From contig CAWFAK010000017.1 in assembly GCA_963813715.1 (NCBI GenBank), forward strand, positions 64,001 through 128,000: a DNA stretch of 64,000 nt, read 5' to 3'. Positions 21,680 through 33,446 of the stretch are shown here, piece by piece (positions within the stretch are counted from its first letter, which is position 1; the number at the start of each line of letters is the position of its first letter). The notes under the pieces were generated by a model, which saw only the letters and a list, made by a program, of their open reading frames with translations, was not told the DNA's origin and made no database searches. Both the position numbers and the translations under genes were made by a program. Source of the DNA: an uncultured Planctomycetaceae bacterium (GTDB taxonomy: Bacteria; Planctomycetota; Planctomycetia; Planctomycetales; Planctomycetaceae).

Positions 21680-23660
21680 TCAGCGGATGCGGTGCATGCG
21701 GGCGATATCGGGGTAAAACGGGATCCGTCGCTTGGGATAGTTCCAATCGATCTCGGGATCGCCGTTCGAGTCGCGGGTGTAGTTGTAGAAGAATGGTCCG
21801 GTGAAATCGTTGTGCAAGATCGAGTCCGGGCCGTCCGGATAGCCCCGCCCGTCGTTGAGGAACGGGATGCCGTGCGGCCAATAAATGAAGAAGGCCTTGC
21901 CGACCAGGGCCTCCCGCGGCACCGCGTAGTTATGCGCCGCGTGCCGGGTGTTCCACCAGAGCCGGCTGTCTTTGCTGCGGGGGCTGTTGTCCCCCATCAT
22001 AAAGAACTCGTCCGGCCCCAACGTGAAATCGAAGGAGATGGTTTCGTACCGTTCGCCCGGACCGTGATGGCGGGAAGCCAGGCCGTTCTCGTAGGTGCGG
22101 TACCAATCGGACGGTCGGGTCTGCTCGGCGACGAGCTGGCTCTTGTCGCCGTCGAATTCCTCGATGTTTTCGTAGGACGACTCGTCGGTGTAGGGGCCGC
22201 TTCGCTGGTGGACGAAGTCGTTGCGGTAATAAACGTCCCGCTGCAACACCAGGTGGGACACGGTGGCTTCGGCCCCTTTCGCGCCGACTCCGACGGGAAT
22301 CAGAATCCTCGTCCCACGGCCGCTGGATATCCGAGCCGCCGTAGGGGCTGTAGCAGGCTCCCTGACCGAAATCGATGAGCCGATTGTCGACCCAGAGACA
22401 GAGACGATCGTCGACGTTGGCAAACGAGACGTCGTGCTGCCCGGTGCCGACGAAGCGGGTGTCCGCCTCGGCCAGCTTGTGTTCCTGGCCCGGGTCTTTT
22501 TTGTCGCGCGGCTCGGCGTAGACGAGAGCCGCCCGGCCGCTGGCCAGGTCGATGCGGCAGCGATAGACCCGCGCGCCCTCGTTGAGTTCCAGCACGACTT
22601 GGCTGTCCGGCTGCGCCTGCTGCACGTCGATCCGGCAATTGAGCGTCAGATCGCCGACCCAGTAGAAGCCCAGATCGTCGGCCGCGATGCGACCGCTGGA
22701 AAAGGCGTTATAGCCGCAGAAGTCCGTGATCAGCCGCGCCTGGGGCGTCTCCAAAGGCTGACCCTGCCCGGCCCTCCGCCAGGTCTCCTCTGTGGGAACG
22801 TAGTTGCGATAGCGGAACCATTGAAGCTCTTTGGCCCCGCGGTCGAGCGGCAAATGGAACGTGCGGGTTTGCCCGTCGGGCACCCAGCCCTGCACATCGG
22901 CCGCCCAGCCGGCGATGGCATTGGCACCGTCCCCCCGTTTGACGGCCGCCCAGCGCTCGGGCCAGCCGGCGTTCAACAGGTCGCGCTCGGGATGGTCGTT
23001 GTCGTAGACGTTCATCTGCAGCACGCGCTGCTTGTTCGGATCGTCCTTGCGGAGGATCTCCCACGCGTCTTGGTCGTTCTTGCGGTACAGATTCCCCTGA
23101 CGAATGCAGATCGTTTCGTTCGGCAGCGCGACGCACCGCTTGATGTAGTTGGTCTTGGGCTCTTCCGGATATTTGAAGACGACCACCTGCCACCGCTGGG
23201 GATCGCGGATTTCAAACGAAAACTTGTTGACCAGAATCCCGTCCCCCTTGAAGACGGGGACGTCGTAGATGTCCTTATGGTCGAGGCGATAGCGGCAATT
23301 GGGGCAAATGGCCGAGTCGATCCGGGCGCCGGGGATCACATAGTCGGTTTCGGTCTCGACCTCGTCGCTCGCGCCGATCGTGAACTCGGTGCCGCACTTG
23401 GGGCACGTGGCCGCCTTGTTGCGGCCGTAGAGCGTCGGCGCCATCGAGCCGGTGGGGATGACGAACGCCTCCGCCTCGAAGGTTTTGAACATGAAGGCCA
23501 GGATGAAGGCGACGACGATCGATTCGATCGTTTCGCGCATGGCCGTCGGGCGGGCGGTTTCGGGCGGCGCGGCGGCTTTCGAGGCGCTGGCTTTGCTCTT
23601 GGGCTCGAAGGGCCTGGCGGGTTCGGGCGACGGTCCTTTGGGTTTTGTCGTCGAGGCCAT
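21680..23660 (-). CDS. lepB: Signal peptidase I, long form (frameshift near 22300)
   Basis: IPTGSMAPTL (Ser), NYIKR (Lys), MMGDNSPRSKDSR. Confidence 0.92.
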
Positions 23661-23801
23661 GAAAGACCTGGCTGCTCCGTATGTTGTCGAGTGGGGTCGG
23701 GTTCGGGGTGACTCTGGAAGTTCGTCCGCGCGGCCGAAAGCTTGGTTTTGTCGCTGGGTTCTGGCCTCGTCTCGTCGTCGCAACCCGAGATGCCGACGTC
23801 A

Positions 23802-25578
23802 CTACCGAATATATCGAATCCGGCTGAAATCAGGAACGCGAATGTAACGCGTGTACCCGCCGATGCTGATTCGGCCGGGCCGCGACGGCAGGTGCACCAC
23901 GAACGGTTTGCCGAGCAGTTGCGATTGCTTGATCGCGCCCTGCACCCAGCTCCGTCCGTCGTTGGAGACGGGGCTGTTGTCGCCCAGCACGAAGTATTCG
24001 TCCGCTCCGAGCTGGATCGGCTGGTCCGAGGCGTTCCGCCCGCCGCCCCGAGTGTAGTAAATGTCGCGATAGACCGAGAGTCTGGAGACCTCGACGGCGA
24101 CGCCGCGGGCTCCGATCCGTACGGGAACGCGGGACGGTTCGGCTTCGTCCGTTGGGCACTCCCAGGGGGCAAACAAGAGCACGCCGTTGACGGCCGCCAG
24201 TACCTGGCGATCGAACGTGGAAAACTCCAGTTGAAACGGCTGGTCCAAGGCGCCGGCCGGGCAGCGCGCGTGGCGGAGCGGCTCTCGCTGTCCGACGAGG
24301 TCCAGCTCGGCGTCCCCGCGGCGGCGATTCAACACGAGTTGAAACGTCAGCCGCCCATCGCCGATCTCGAAAACGGCATCGCCGTCGCCCGAGCCGAGGG
24401 CCACCCGGCAGTCGAGAAACAAATCGCGAACCGGCAACGAGATCAGTCCCGCGCTGGCGCGGTTGTAGCCGTAGTCGTCCGTCACGGCGGCCACGTGCGA
24501 CGCGGCCGCCAGCTCTTCGATCGCGGCTCGCGTGGCGGGTTGCGTGTTGAGGGCCAACAGCCGATCGCGCTCGGCCCGATCGACGGCGCCCGTCGCCTCC
24601 AAGCGGCGATTCGCCTGGTCGTAGCGAACTTCGGGAAAGAGGCTCACCTTCAGGTGCACCACCGGTTTGGCATCAGCGATCGGCACGGACGTGTGAAAGC
24701 GTCCGCCGCGCCGCACCCAGCGGCGAAAGGCGATCCAAACCGTGCGGTTTTGTGCGGCCGCTCGGCCCGGCGACTCGCTCGGGCTGGCTGCTGGGTGCGC
24801 GATTGTCCGCGCCTTGGCCGCCAGCTGGAGGCGCAAACGCGAAATTGTGCCCCTGCTGTGTGGCCGACCAGCCGCCGTTTTTGTCTTCGATCGTCCAGCA
24901 GCCTTGGCCGTCCGGAGGATCATTGGGCAGAAAGTCGTTGTCGTTGACCAGGATTCGCATGGCACGCTGAAGGTCCAGGTCCTTGCGGGAGATCGCGCCG
25001 TCGACGTAGATGTCGCCGTTGCGAATCTGCACCGACTCGTGGGGCAGTCCAACGACCCGCTTCACGAAGGGGGTCGGGCGGGATGGGCTTTTCAGCACCA
25101 CCACTTCCCAGCGCCGCGGCTTGCGGAACTCGTAGACATTTTTTTGGACGAGCAGCTGATCGCCGTGATTGGGGGGAACCGTGCGGATATCGATGCGATC
25201 TTCGCCGCAATTGGGGCAGCGCACCTGGCCCGGCCCGTCCCGTGACACTTCTTCGGTCGTGTCGGCGGTCGTCCCGGTTTCGTCGACGGGAATGCCGTGG
25301 GCGAACTCGTAGCCGCAGGTCGGGCAGACGACCCGCTTGTGAAAGCCCAGCAGGTGGGGCGCCATCGACCCCGTCGAGATGATGTAGCCTTCAATCTCGA
25401 ACGTGCGGAACAGGATCACCGCGATGTAGAGACACAGACCCGCGTCGATGAGCCCCCGCACGCTGCCGCGTGGCCTCTTCTTGGCACGAGGGGCGGGTGT
25501 TTCCGGCTGCGGGCTGGCTGGAGAGCGCGGCGCGGAGTCGAGCACGGTCACCGGATCAGACTTGGGCAGCGCGGCCAT
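23802..25578 (-). CDS. lepB: Signal peptidase I paralog, long form (one or more frameshifts around 24700-24850)
   Basis: ISTGSMAPHL (Ser), FVKRVVGLP (Lys), VLGDNSPVSNDGR. Confidence 0.9.
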
Positions 25579-25600
25579 CGCGAACCGATCCCGAGAAGCA

Positions 25601-27403
25601 TCATTCGTCGCCGCCGACTTCGAGCACAGACAGGAAGGCCTTTTGCGGAATTTCGACCTCGCCGAACTGCTTCATCCGCTTCTTGCCTTCGCGTTGCTTT
25701 TGCAGCAGCTTGCGCTTGCGGGTGATGTCGCCGCCGTAGCACTTGGCGGTGACGTTCTTGCGCAACGCGGAGATGGTTTCCCGGGCGATGACCCGCGAGC
25801 CGATGGCGGCCTGAAGCGGAATCTCGAATTGATGCTTGGAGATTTCGCCTTTGAGCCGCTTCACCAGGGCGCGGCCCCGCTTGTCGGCATTCGAGCGATG
25901 CACGATCGTCGAGAGGGCATCGACCCGATTGCCCTTCACCAAAACGTCGAGTTTGACCAGGTCGGCCGGGCGGAAGCCGATGACTTCGTAGTCCATCGTG
26001 CCGTAGCCGCGGGTCGCGCTCTTGAGCTTGTCGTACATGTCGAACACGATTTCGCCCAGCGGCAGCTCGTAAATGAGTTGTGCTCGCTTTGGGCCCAGGT
26101 ACTCCGTGCCCTTGTAGACGCCGCGCCGATCCTCGCACAGCGTCATGATAATCCCGATGCAATCGGAAGGCAGAATGAAGTTCACCCTGGCGATCGGCTC
26201 GCGGAATTCTTCGATCTGGCCGGCATCGGGCACCATCTGCGGATTATCGATGGTCATCAGCTCGCCGGTGCTGTTCAGGATCTGATAAGTGACGTTCGGC
26301 GCCGTCTGGATCAGGTCGATGTTTTGCTCGATCTCCAGCCGCTGCTGAACGATCTCCATGTGCAACAGGCCCAGGAACCCGCAGCGGAAGCCGAACCCCA
26401 GCGCATCGCTCGTTTCCGGGATGTAGGAAAAGCTGGCGTCGTTGAGGCTTAGCTTCTGCAGCTCCTCGCGCAGGTTCTCGAAGTCAGTGGCGTCGATCGG
26501 ATACATGCCGCAAAAAACCATCTGTTGCGGCAACTGATAACCGGGAAGCGCCTCCGCGGGCGGATTCTGGGGATCGCACACCGTGTCCCCGACGTGCACG
26601 GTCCCGAGTTCCTTGAGACCGGTGATGATGTAGCCCACTTGCCCCGGACCCAGCGTATCGCAGGCAACCGTGTTCGGACGGAACTGGCCCAGCTCGAGAA
26701 TCTCGTGCGAGGTGCCGGTCCGCATGAATCGCATTTTCTTGCCGGTCGTCAGCGTCCCCTCCATGACTCGCACGTAGGTCACCACGCCGCGGTAGGTGTC
26801 GTACTTGCTGTCGAATACGAGAGCTCGCAACGGAGCGGTCGGACTCCCTTTCGGAGCCGGCACCTTCTTGATGATCTCGCGGAAGACGTCTTCGATGCCG
26901 ATGCCCTGCTTCGCGCTGACCATGAGGGCTTCGGTCGCGTCCAGTCCAACGACCGTCTCGATCTCCTCGAGGATTTCGTCGATTCGCGTCACGGGCAGGT
27001 CGATCTTGTTGACGACCGGGATCACGACCAGGTTGCCGTTGATCGCCGCGAACGCATTGGCGACGGTCTGGGCCTGCACGCCTTGAAAGGCGTCGACGAG
27101 CAGCAGCGCTCCCTCGCAAGCAGCCAGGCTGCGGGAGACTTCGTAGTGAAAGTCGACGTGCCCCGGCGTGTCGATCAGGTTGAGCTCGTATTCCTGCCCG
27201 TCGAGCGTGTAGTGAATGGCCACGGCCCGGGCCTTTACCGTAATGCCGCGGTCCCGCTCGATCTCGAGGTCGTCGAGCACCTGCTCGCGAAACTCGCGCT
27301 GCGAGATCGCCCCGCTCATCAGTAAGAGCTGGTCGGCCAGCGTGCTCTTCCCGTGGTCAATGTGGGCCACGATCGAGAAGTTGCGAATGAATCGCGAATC
27401 CAT
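25601..27403 (-). CDS. lepA: Translation elongation factor 4
   Basis: IRNFSIVAHIDHGKSTLAD, DTPGHVDF, AKCYGGDITRKRKLL. Confidence 0.98.
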   Translation of the reverse strand: MDSRFIRNFSIVAHIDHGKSTLADQLLLMSGAISQREFREQVLDDLEIERDRGITVKARAVAIHYTLDGQEYELNLIDTPGHVDFHYEVSRSLAACEGALLLVDAFQGVQAQTVANAFAAINGNLVVIPVVNKIDLPVTRIDEILEEIETVVGLDATEALMVSAKQGIGIEDVFREIIKKVPAPKGSPTAPLRALVFDSKYDTYRGVVTYVRVMEGTLTTGKKMRFMRTGTSHEILELGQFRPNTVACDTLGPGQVGYIITGLKELGTVHVGDTVCDPQNPPAEALPGYQLPQQMVFCGMYPIDATDFENLREELQKLSLNDASFSYIPETSDALGFGFRCGFLGLLHMEIVQQRLEIEQNIDLIQTAPNVTYQILNSTGELMTIDNPQMVPDAGQIEEFREPIARVNFILPSDCIGIIMTLCEDRRGVYKGTEYLGPKRAQLIYELPLGEIVFDMYDKLKSATRGYGTMDYEVIGFRPADLVKLDVLVKGNRVDALSTIVHRSNADKRGRALVKRLKGEISKHQFEIPLQAAIGSRVIARETISALRKNVTAKCYGGDITRKRKLLQKQREGKKRMKQFGEVEIPQKAFLSVLEVGGDE

Positions 27404-27883
27404 GGTCAGTCTGTCGGTTTCGGTCTTAGGAGGACGATGATGCGTCCGGGGCTCGGTTCGAGCCGTTGGCCGGTTGCTGCGTGGCGAGTCCACCCGGACA
27501 CCTTGTCCGCCGGTCCCCCATTAGCGGCAACCGCGGATGTTCCCCGCAACCCCTTGAGGCGCCCGCAGATCAAACTTATTCGGTTACCTGGCGCACACCG
27601 GGGGCGAAGGCAGCGTGCCGGGGATCAAAGCGCGAGAATAATATCGCCTGGCCGCCCACTGGTCGAGTCGGAAATGCCGGTGCGGCCGGGGCGACGAAGC
27701 CGCTTAACAAATTGTAGCGGCTGTGGTTGCGTTGACGAGAGTCGAGCCGTAGGTTGGGGAAAAAAGCCCCGCACGGACTCACCGGGCGAACGCACTCCCA
27801 AGCGGGCGCCCCACCGCCCGACAAGCCCGAATCGCGGGTCCAGGCGCGAAACCGCGGACGAACGCCAAACGAGAGGCTCGATC

Positions 27884-28240
27884 ATGCCCTTCATCGATAT
27901 CAAGGAGATTCCCCCCATCGAGGCCGTGCCCGGGTGCCGCATGCGCACCCCGTACGGCACACACCTGATGCTCTCGTACCTCGAGATGGACGAGGGGGCC
28001 GTGGTGCCCTTGCACAACCATCCGCACGAGCAAGGGGGGATGCTGCTCAAGGGCAAGATCGAGCTGACGATCGGCGGCGAGACGCGGGTCTGCGAGGCCG
28101 GCTCGATGTTTCTGATCCCGCCCAACACGCCGCATAAAGCGGTGGCCGTCGGCGGGCCGGCCGTCGTGCTCGACGTCTTCAGCCCCGTCCGCGAAGACTA
28201 CGCGGCGATGTACAACAAATACATCCCTCAGGCTGAGTAG
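27884..28240 (+). CDS. Cupin domain protein
   Basis: PLHNHPHEQ and IPPNTPH cupin motifs; DVFSPVREDY. Confidence 0.9.
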   Translation: MPFIDIKEIPPIEAVPGCRMRTPYGTHLMLSYLEMDEGAVVPLHNHPHEQGGMLLKGKIELTIGGETRVCEAGSMFLIPPNTPHKAVAVGGPAVVLDVFSPVREDYAAMYNKYIPQAE

Positions 28241-28281
28241 GACGCGAGCGACGCGAGGAACGATGCAGTCCGCGCGGCCGA

Positions 28282-29008
28282 CTATTCGGCCGTGATCTGC
28301 ACCAGGTCCATCAGCACCTTGTGCCCCGACTCGACCGATTGCCGGCGAATGAGGCGGAGACGCGCGTCGTACCAGAGGTGGACGTCGACGTCGCCTCCCA
28401 CGTGGTAGTGCACGCAGGGCTTTTGCTCGCCGTTGATTTCCATCGTCTCGTCGCCCACGCGTTGCAGTTGCCCCAACACGCGGCCCCCTTTGTCGGCGTC
28501 CAGGATCATCACGCTCCGCGCGCCGGGGGACGATTCGGTCTGCCAGTGCTTGGGCAGCTGGTAGCAGGTGGTCGACCACAGCTCGGGCGAGTTCAGCGAC
28601 GAGCGGCCGTTGGTTTCGACCGTCAGTCCCTCGCGGCTCGCGCCGGCCGTCACGTGGTATTGCGTGCCGTTGAAGTTGGCCGTGCGGTCCATCTGCAGCA
28701 GGCGGCCGTCGTTGAAGAGGGCCGTGCCCCACGAACTAAAGCGGTACTTGTAGACGTAGTAGTTGAACAGCAGGCCCGCGTTGCCCTCCACGAGGTCGTT
28801 GCCGTCCTCGCGGTGATGAATCTGCATCGTGCACTGACCGCGCTCGGTGCCGTCGACCGAGATGCGAAAGACGCGCGTCTCCCGCTCGACTTCTCGGGGC
28901 TCCCGGCCGGCGGCCCGAAGGCCGCAGGCAGACGACGCTCACGACGCACAGGCAAACTGAAAATCGAAACGTCGCCTGTCGCAGGCTGGCAAAAGAAACG
29001 GGCCGCAT
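28282..29008 (-). CDS. Secreted beta-rich protein, DUF6134-like (frameshift near 28915)
   Basis: Signal-like N-terminus in one frame; mature part ..FRISVDG..HLWYDA..L in another; family recognised from memory. Confidence 0.6.
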
Positions 29009-29266
29009 CGGTGCACTCCTTGCCCTGCTCACTGCCCTGACACATCCGGAAGGTCGCACGCGCGAAAAAGCGGCCAATGGCCAAGCCGTCCGGGGCCCGC
29101 GATCGCGACCGGTGCCGCGGTTTGGCAACGCGGCGTAATCAGTATCGGTTGGGACTGGCGATGGGCTTGCCGGTTAAAAATTCCAACGGCGAACCGACCT
29201 GGGTAAGGCCGGAAGACTTTGCCGACGGTCCGCTTGAGCGGCTGGGCACCCGCGCCGGCCGGTTCT

Positions 29267-30451
29267 TTAGTCGAAATGATCGCCCCGCGCCAAGGAGGAC
29301 AAATCGACGCCAGGCAGATCGCGAATTCCCGGCGTTCGCGGCATCCAGGCGCTCGTCTGCCAGTTGTCAGCCGTCTGGCGCTCGGGAAAAAAGCGGGGCA
29401 GCGTGAACGAAAGATACTGTCCCAAGCCGTTGACGAACGGCTCGTACATGCCGCGGAGCTCGCGAAGACGCGACTCCATCGCGGTGACATCGACCGAACT
29501 GGCTAACTCCGTTTCCGGAGATAACACGCCGCCCGCCGCCTTCAGCCGCTCGACCAGCTCGCGATAACCTTCCGGCGGCAGGCGATTTTGGGCCGGCTCT
29601 TGCGGCTGAATCTTGAACACGAGGCACAAGTCGACGGCGGCGTGCCGCGCCATCGCGAAGGTCAACCGGGCCTGGTAGACGTCCCGCCCGCCGCCGCCAC
29701 AGATCGCCAGGGCCGACGTATCGAGCACGACCGTGAGCGCGGCAAGCCACGACTGGTTGTCGTGCTGGGAGCGGTAGAGGGCAAGCACAGGGAACGACAG
29801 ACACTTCTCGAGCAATTCGGCACACCAGACCTCCCACTGCAGGAAGTATGAAATGATGACCTCCGGCCGTCGCCCGGGCTGGCTGCGGACGAGCACTTGT
29901 TCGGCCGTCGGCGGCGAACCGCCCCGCGCGTCGAGGAGCGAAATCATCGTCTCGCGCTGCGAGAAGGCTTGGGCAAGAATCGGGTGATAGCTAAGCACGA
30001 GGGCTAGAAAGCCAAAACCGATTCCGGCCTCGAAGACCGCCAGGAATCGGCCGACACCATCCACCGGCGACAAATCGCCGTACCCGACGGTGAAGAACGT
30101 CACACCACTGAAATAGGTGTACGAGATCGCGCTCCGCGCGGGGTTGGCAACGGCCATCTGGGTTTGAAGGGCCCAATGCAACAGGGCGAACGCCAAAATC
30201 ATGCCGCCGGCCCAGGCGGCAAACATGATTAAGAACGAGAGCGGTGCGAAGATGCTCAAAAAAGATTCGCGCCGTCGCGGCGAGGCGAACATCCGGCCGA
30301 CGGCTTTCCAAACCGGCCACGTGACCTGGTAGAACAAGCGGATCAACCGGTACGCATGCGTGACCCGCCGCGGCAACAGCACGGCCTCGAACGCGTCGAC
30401 GAGAATCAAGCCGATCGTCGCGATTCCGAGGAGTCCGGCCAAAAATCGCAT
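29267..30451 (-). CDS. Potassium channel family protein (Ion_trans_2)
   Basis: YFSGVTFFTVGYGD pore/selectivity filter flanked by TM helices. Confidence 0.88.
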   Translation of the reverse strand: MRFLAGLLGIATIGLILVDAFEAVLLPRRVTHAYRLIRLFYQVTWPVWKAVGRMFASPRRRESFLSIFAPLSFLIMFAAWAGGMILAFALLHWALQTQMAVANPARSAISYTYFSGVTFFTVGYGDLSPVDGVGRFLAVFEAGIGFGFLALVLSYHPILAQAFSQRETMISLLDARGGSPPTAEQVLVRSQPGRRPEVIISYFLQWEVWCAELLEKCLSFPVLALYRSQHDNQSWLAALTVVLDTSALAICGGGGRDVYQARLTFAMARHAAVDLCLVFKIQPQEPAQNRLPPEGYRELVERLKAAGGVLSPETELASSVDVTAMESRLRELRGMYEPFVNGLGQYLSFTLPRFFPERQTADNWQTSAWMPRTPGIRDLPGVDLSSLARGDHFD

Positions 30452-30546
30452 GGAAGTCTCCGCTGGTGTAAATCGCGGCCTGCTCGCCAACGACGACGAC
30501 GCGTGGCGCACGTTCATTGCCGCTCCGGCGCGATCACCACGGTACA

Positions 30547-31203
30547 TTAAGCCGGTCGCGAAAAGAAATGACGGCCGTGTCGCGCGTGAGCCGTCGCCCG
30601 CGTCGCCGAAAGAGATCGGAGCGGCTGGGCTTGCCACCGCGCCGCGCGTTGGTTCAGCTGCCGGAGCGATCGTCGGTCGCGTAGCGTTCCGGCGGCTGCG
30701 GCGAGGGCGGGCTGAACGTGTGAAATACAGCCGACCATGTGGCCGAAGCACCAGTTCGCGCTTTGCAGCGGCAGACGCACGAGCGCTCGCGCCGCCAGCG
30801 TCAACGAAAAGTGCTCGACGGGGGCCAGTTCAAACTGCGTCAGGGAGACGTAGAAACCGGCGGCTTGGGCCGGCGGGCCGGTTTCGGCGGCACAGACCGC
30901 ATAGATGCGGCCATCGAATGCCATCCGCCCGGTGTCCATCAGCGGTGCGACCCAAGCGGCGGCGTCCGCAGGGAGATACCCGAGCGGCTGCTCGTCGAGC
31001 GACGCGACAATGACCGCGTGGGGGTCGCGCTCGTTCTTCCGCTCACGCACGAGCGCAACGCGCGTGCCTGGTTCGACTAATGCCCGGCCGCTCGGCCGAT
31101 CCGCTGCTTCCTCCTGGGCAATTGGGGGTCCGTCCACTCGGACTGGTTCAAACTGAGCGACGCGGCGCCATTGAATCTTTCGTCGGCGCGCCCGCCTCAT
31201 CAT
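30547..31203 (-). CDS. HIRAN domain-containing protein
   Basis: LVRERKNERDPHAVIV...LGYLP pattern typical of HIRAN. Confidence 0.75.
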   Translation of the reverse strand: MMRRARRRKIQWRRVAQFEPVRVDGPPIAQEEAADRPSGRALVEPGTRVALVRERKNERDPHAVIVASLDEQPLGYLPADAAAWVAPLMDTGRMAFDGRIYAVCAAETGPPAQAAGFYVSLTQFELAPVEHFSLTLAARALVRLPLQSANWCFGHMVGCISHVQPALAAAAGTLRDRRSLRQLNQRAARWQAQPLRSLSATRATAHARHGRHFFSRPA

Positions 31204-31502
31204 GGGTGATCCCTGAGATGTTCCCTGTGCCGAAGTCTTCCCTCTGGTTGTTTTGGCGAAACGGTCGTTGCGGCGGAAGGGCCCGCCGCAGTGAGTTGCA
31301 GATAGTGAATTCTACGCAAGGAATTGTACGCATTGCAGAAGTCGCTCTTCAGGCTTTAACGACTTTTAATCGACCGAACGCCCGCGAAACTCCGATCATA
31401 GCCCCGCGGGAAAACGATTTCCAACCGCTCTTTTTCCTTACATCGCGGATTGCCCGAGGCCTCTCGTGGTGCGTCGAGCGTTTCTCGACAGGCACACCGG
31501 CC

Positions 31503-32396
31503 CTATTTGGCCCGGGACCGGACCTCCAACTCCACGCCGTCCGGGCCGGTGAAAATGAGCCGATCTGCCGGGCCGGCAGCCTCGGTGTGAGCAGCATCTG
31601 GGTGGGAATTGTTCCGCCGCGAGGCTCGCAGCCGCTCCGCCGTCGAATCGAGGTCGGCCGTCCAGATAAGTCGATCGATCGCTCGGCCTCGCGTGGATGC
31701 CGGGGGATGTTTAAGGGTTTTCACCAATACCCACACGTCCCCATAGCGGACGCCCGCCAGCACACCGGCGTAACGCGTCACCCGGTTGCCGAAGATCTCG
31801 GTGTACCACTTCAAGGTGCCCTTGGGGTCGGTCGTGGCGAGGTGGACATGATGGAAGCCGTGAATCTCACGGTCCTCCACCAGCTCGATCAACGTCCCCC
31901 AGCGGTCCTTAATGAAGGCGTAGCGGATCGGCCCCTCCTGCTCGACTCCGGAAACAATCTCCACGCCCGTCGTCGCGAACCGCCGCATCTCCCGGTCGAG
32001 GTCGGCGTAGCCAAAGCCCAGATGATCGATGCCCGAGCCAACGCTGCCGGGCACGGGAACCTTCGTTTCCGTGGGATGAAATTCGAGTGTCGTCTTGCCG
32101 AAGCGCACGACACGAACGCGGCCCCGGTCGTTTGAGGAGGCACCCGCCGCAGACGGCGTCGGACTCACGAGCGTGCCGCCCATGTGGTCGCAATACCACT
32201 GAGCCGCTGCGGCCGGATCGGAGACGTTGAGCCGCACTCCCCGAAATTCGGCCGCTGCGTGCGCGACCACACCCACGGACAGCAGGACGCACGCAACTGT
32301 CGAGCCGACGACAATCCTCCGCTGCCAAGCACGCGACGAGCGGTCTCCGATTCGGTTGGCGATTAGCTCGAACATCACGTTCCCCATTTTCGTCAT
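31503..32396 (-). CDS. VOC/glyoxalase family protein with two domains and a signal peptide
   Basis: IDHLGF, FIKDRWGTLIELV, FHHVHL, FTGPDGVELE; its ATG overlaps the upstream TGA. Confidence 0.8.
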   Translation of the reverse strand: MTKMGNVMFELIANRIGDRSSRAWQRRIVVGSTVACVLLSVGVVAHAAAEFRGVRLNVSDPAAAAQWYCDHMGGTLVSPTPSAAGASSNDRGRVRVVRFGKTTLEFHPTETKVPVPGSVGSGIDHLGFGYADLDREMRRFATTGVEIVSGVEQEGPIRYAFIKDRWGTLIELVEDREIHGFHHVHLATTDPKGTLKWYTEIFGNRVTRYAGVLAGVRYGDVWVLVKTLKHPPASTRGRAIDRLIWTADLDSTAERLRASRRNNSHPDAAHTEAAGPADRLIFTGPDGVELEVRSRAK

Positions 32397-33446
32397 TGTT
32401 TCCACGATGTCGGGATGCTCAGTGACCAGACGTCGTTGGACAGCGGTCGAGCGTGGCCTCCCGCGACCCAGAGGCGGTCGTGAAACACGAACGTCGAAAG
32501 CTCGTGTCGGGCTTTCCAAATCACGTCCGAGTGCAATTGCGTCCAATCCTTGCCGTCGCGCGAGTACCAGACATCGCCGAGATTCTGCGACGGATTGATT
32601 CGACCAGCCTCCCAGCACCCAGATGCGGTCGCGGTAGACGGCTGCGGAAAACCACAAGCGGGGCGGCCAGGGGGCGGTCTGCCGCACCTGCGTCCACGTC
32701 ACGCCGTCGTCCGACGACCAGACGTCGTTGAGCGCCCGATACTCGGGCACGTAGTTGCCGCCGCCCAGCACCCACAGCTTGCCGTCCTGAACGACCGCCG
32801 CATGATAGGCCCGCGGTGCCCAGCCGGCGTGCTCGGTCACCAGCGTCCACTTCGCGCCGTCCGGACTGGCCCAGACGTCGTTCTTCAAGCTCTTCTGGTC
32901 GCCGAAGTAGTAGTTTTCGGTTCCGCCCAAAATCCACATGCGGCTCTTGAAGGAGACGACGCCGGCCGCCAACCGCGGGGACCAGCCGGCGGCGCGTGTC
33001 GCCGGCGTCCAATTGGCCCCGTCGACCGACGACCAGACTTCGTGGCTGGCTTCGTGGCCCGGAAGTCGACCGTTGTACCAGCCCCCCATCAGCCACATCT
33101 TGTCGTCGTGCACGACCGTCATCGCCAGGTCGCTGTGCTTCCACGGCGCACTTGCCGTGACGCGCGTCCAATTCTTGCCGTCGGGCGAGCTCCACACGTC
33201 GCGCGGCGGCGATTCGTACGAGTTGAACCAGCCGCCGAAAATCCAAAGTCGATCGTGGTACACGACTTCGCCCTGAGAATCGCGGGGCTGCCAGGCTGCT
33301 GCGGACGTCACCTGTTGCCAATTGAGTTTCTGGCGATTGGCGTCCGGCTGCACCGAGTTCAATTTCGGCTGCTCGTCCCAGGCTGCCGACGTGCCGACGA
33401 GCGAAAGCAGGAGCGTGACAGTTTGCACGAATTGACGTCGAAACAT
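32393..33446 (-). CDS. Secreted Kelch/galactose oxidase-like beta-propeller protein (frameshift near 32597)
   Basis: Six repeats of LW(I/V)xGG...DVWxSxDG..W; the last repeat is in a shifted frame ending SIPTSWKQ-stop at 32393. Confidence 0.85.

Noticed and set aside
27404..27883. Possible ncRNA in the lepA/cupin intergenic region
   Set aside because: Only an isolated hairpin (AGCCGCT..AGCGGCT); no recognisable RNA family features
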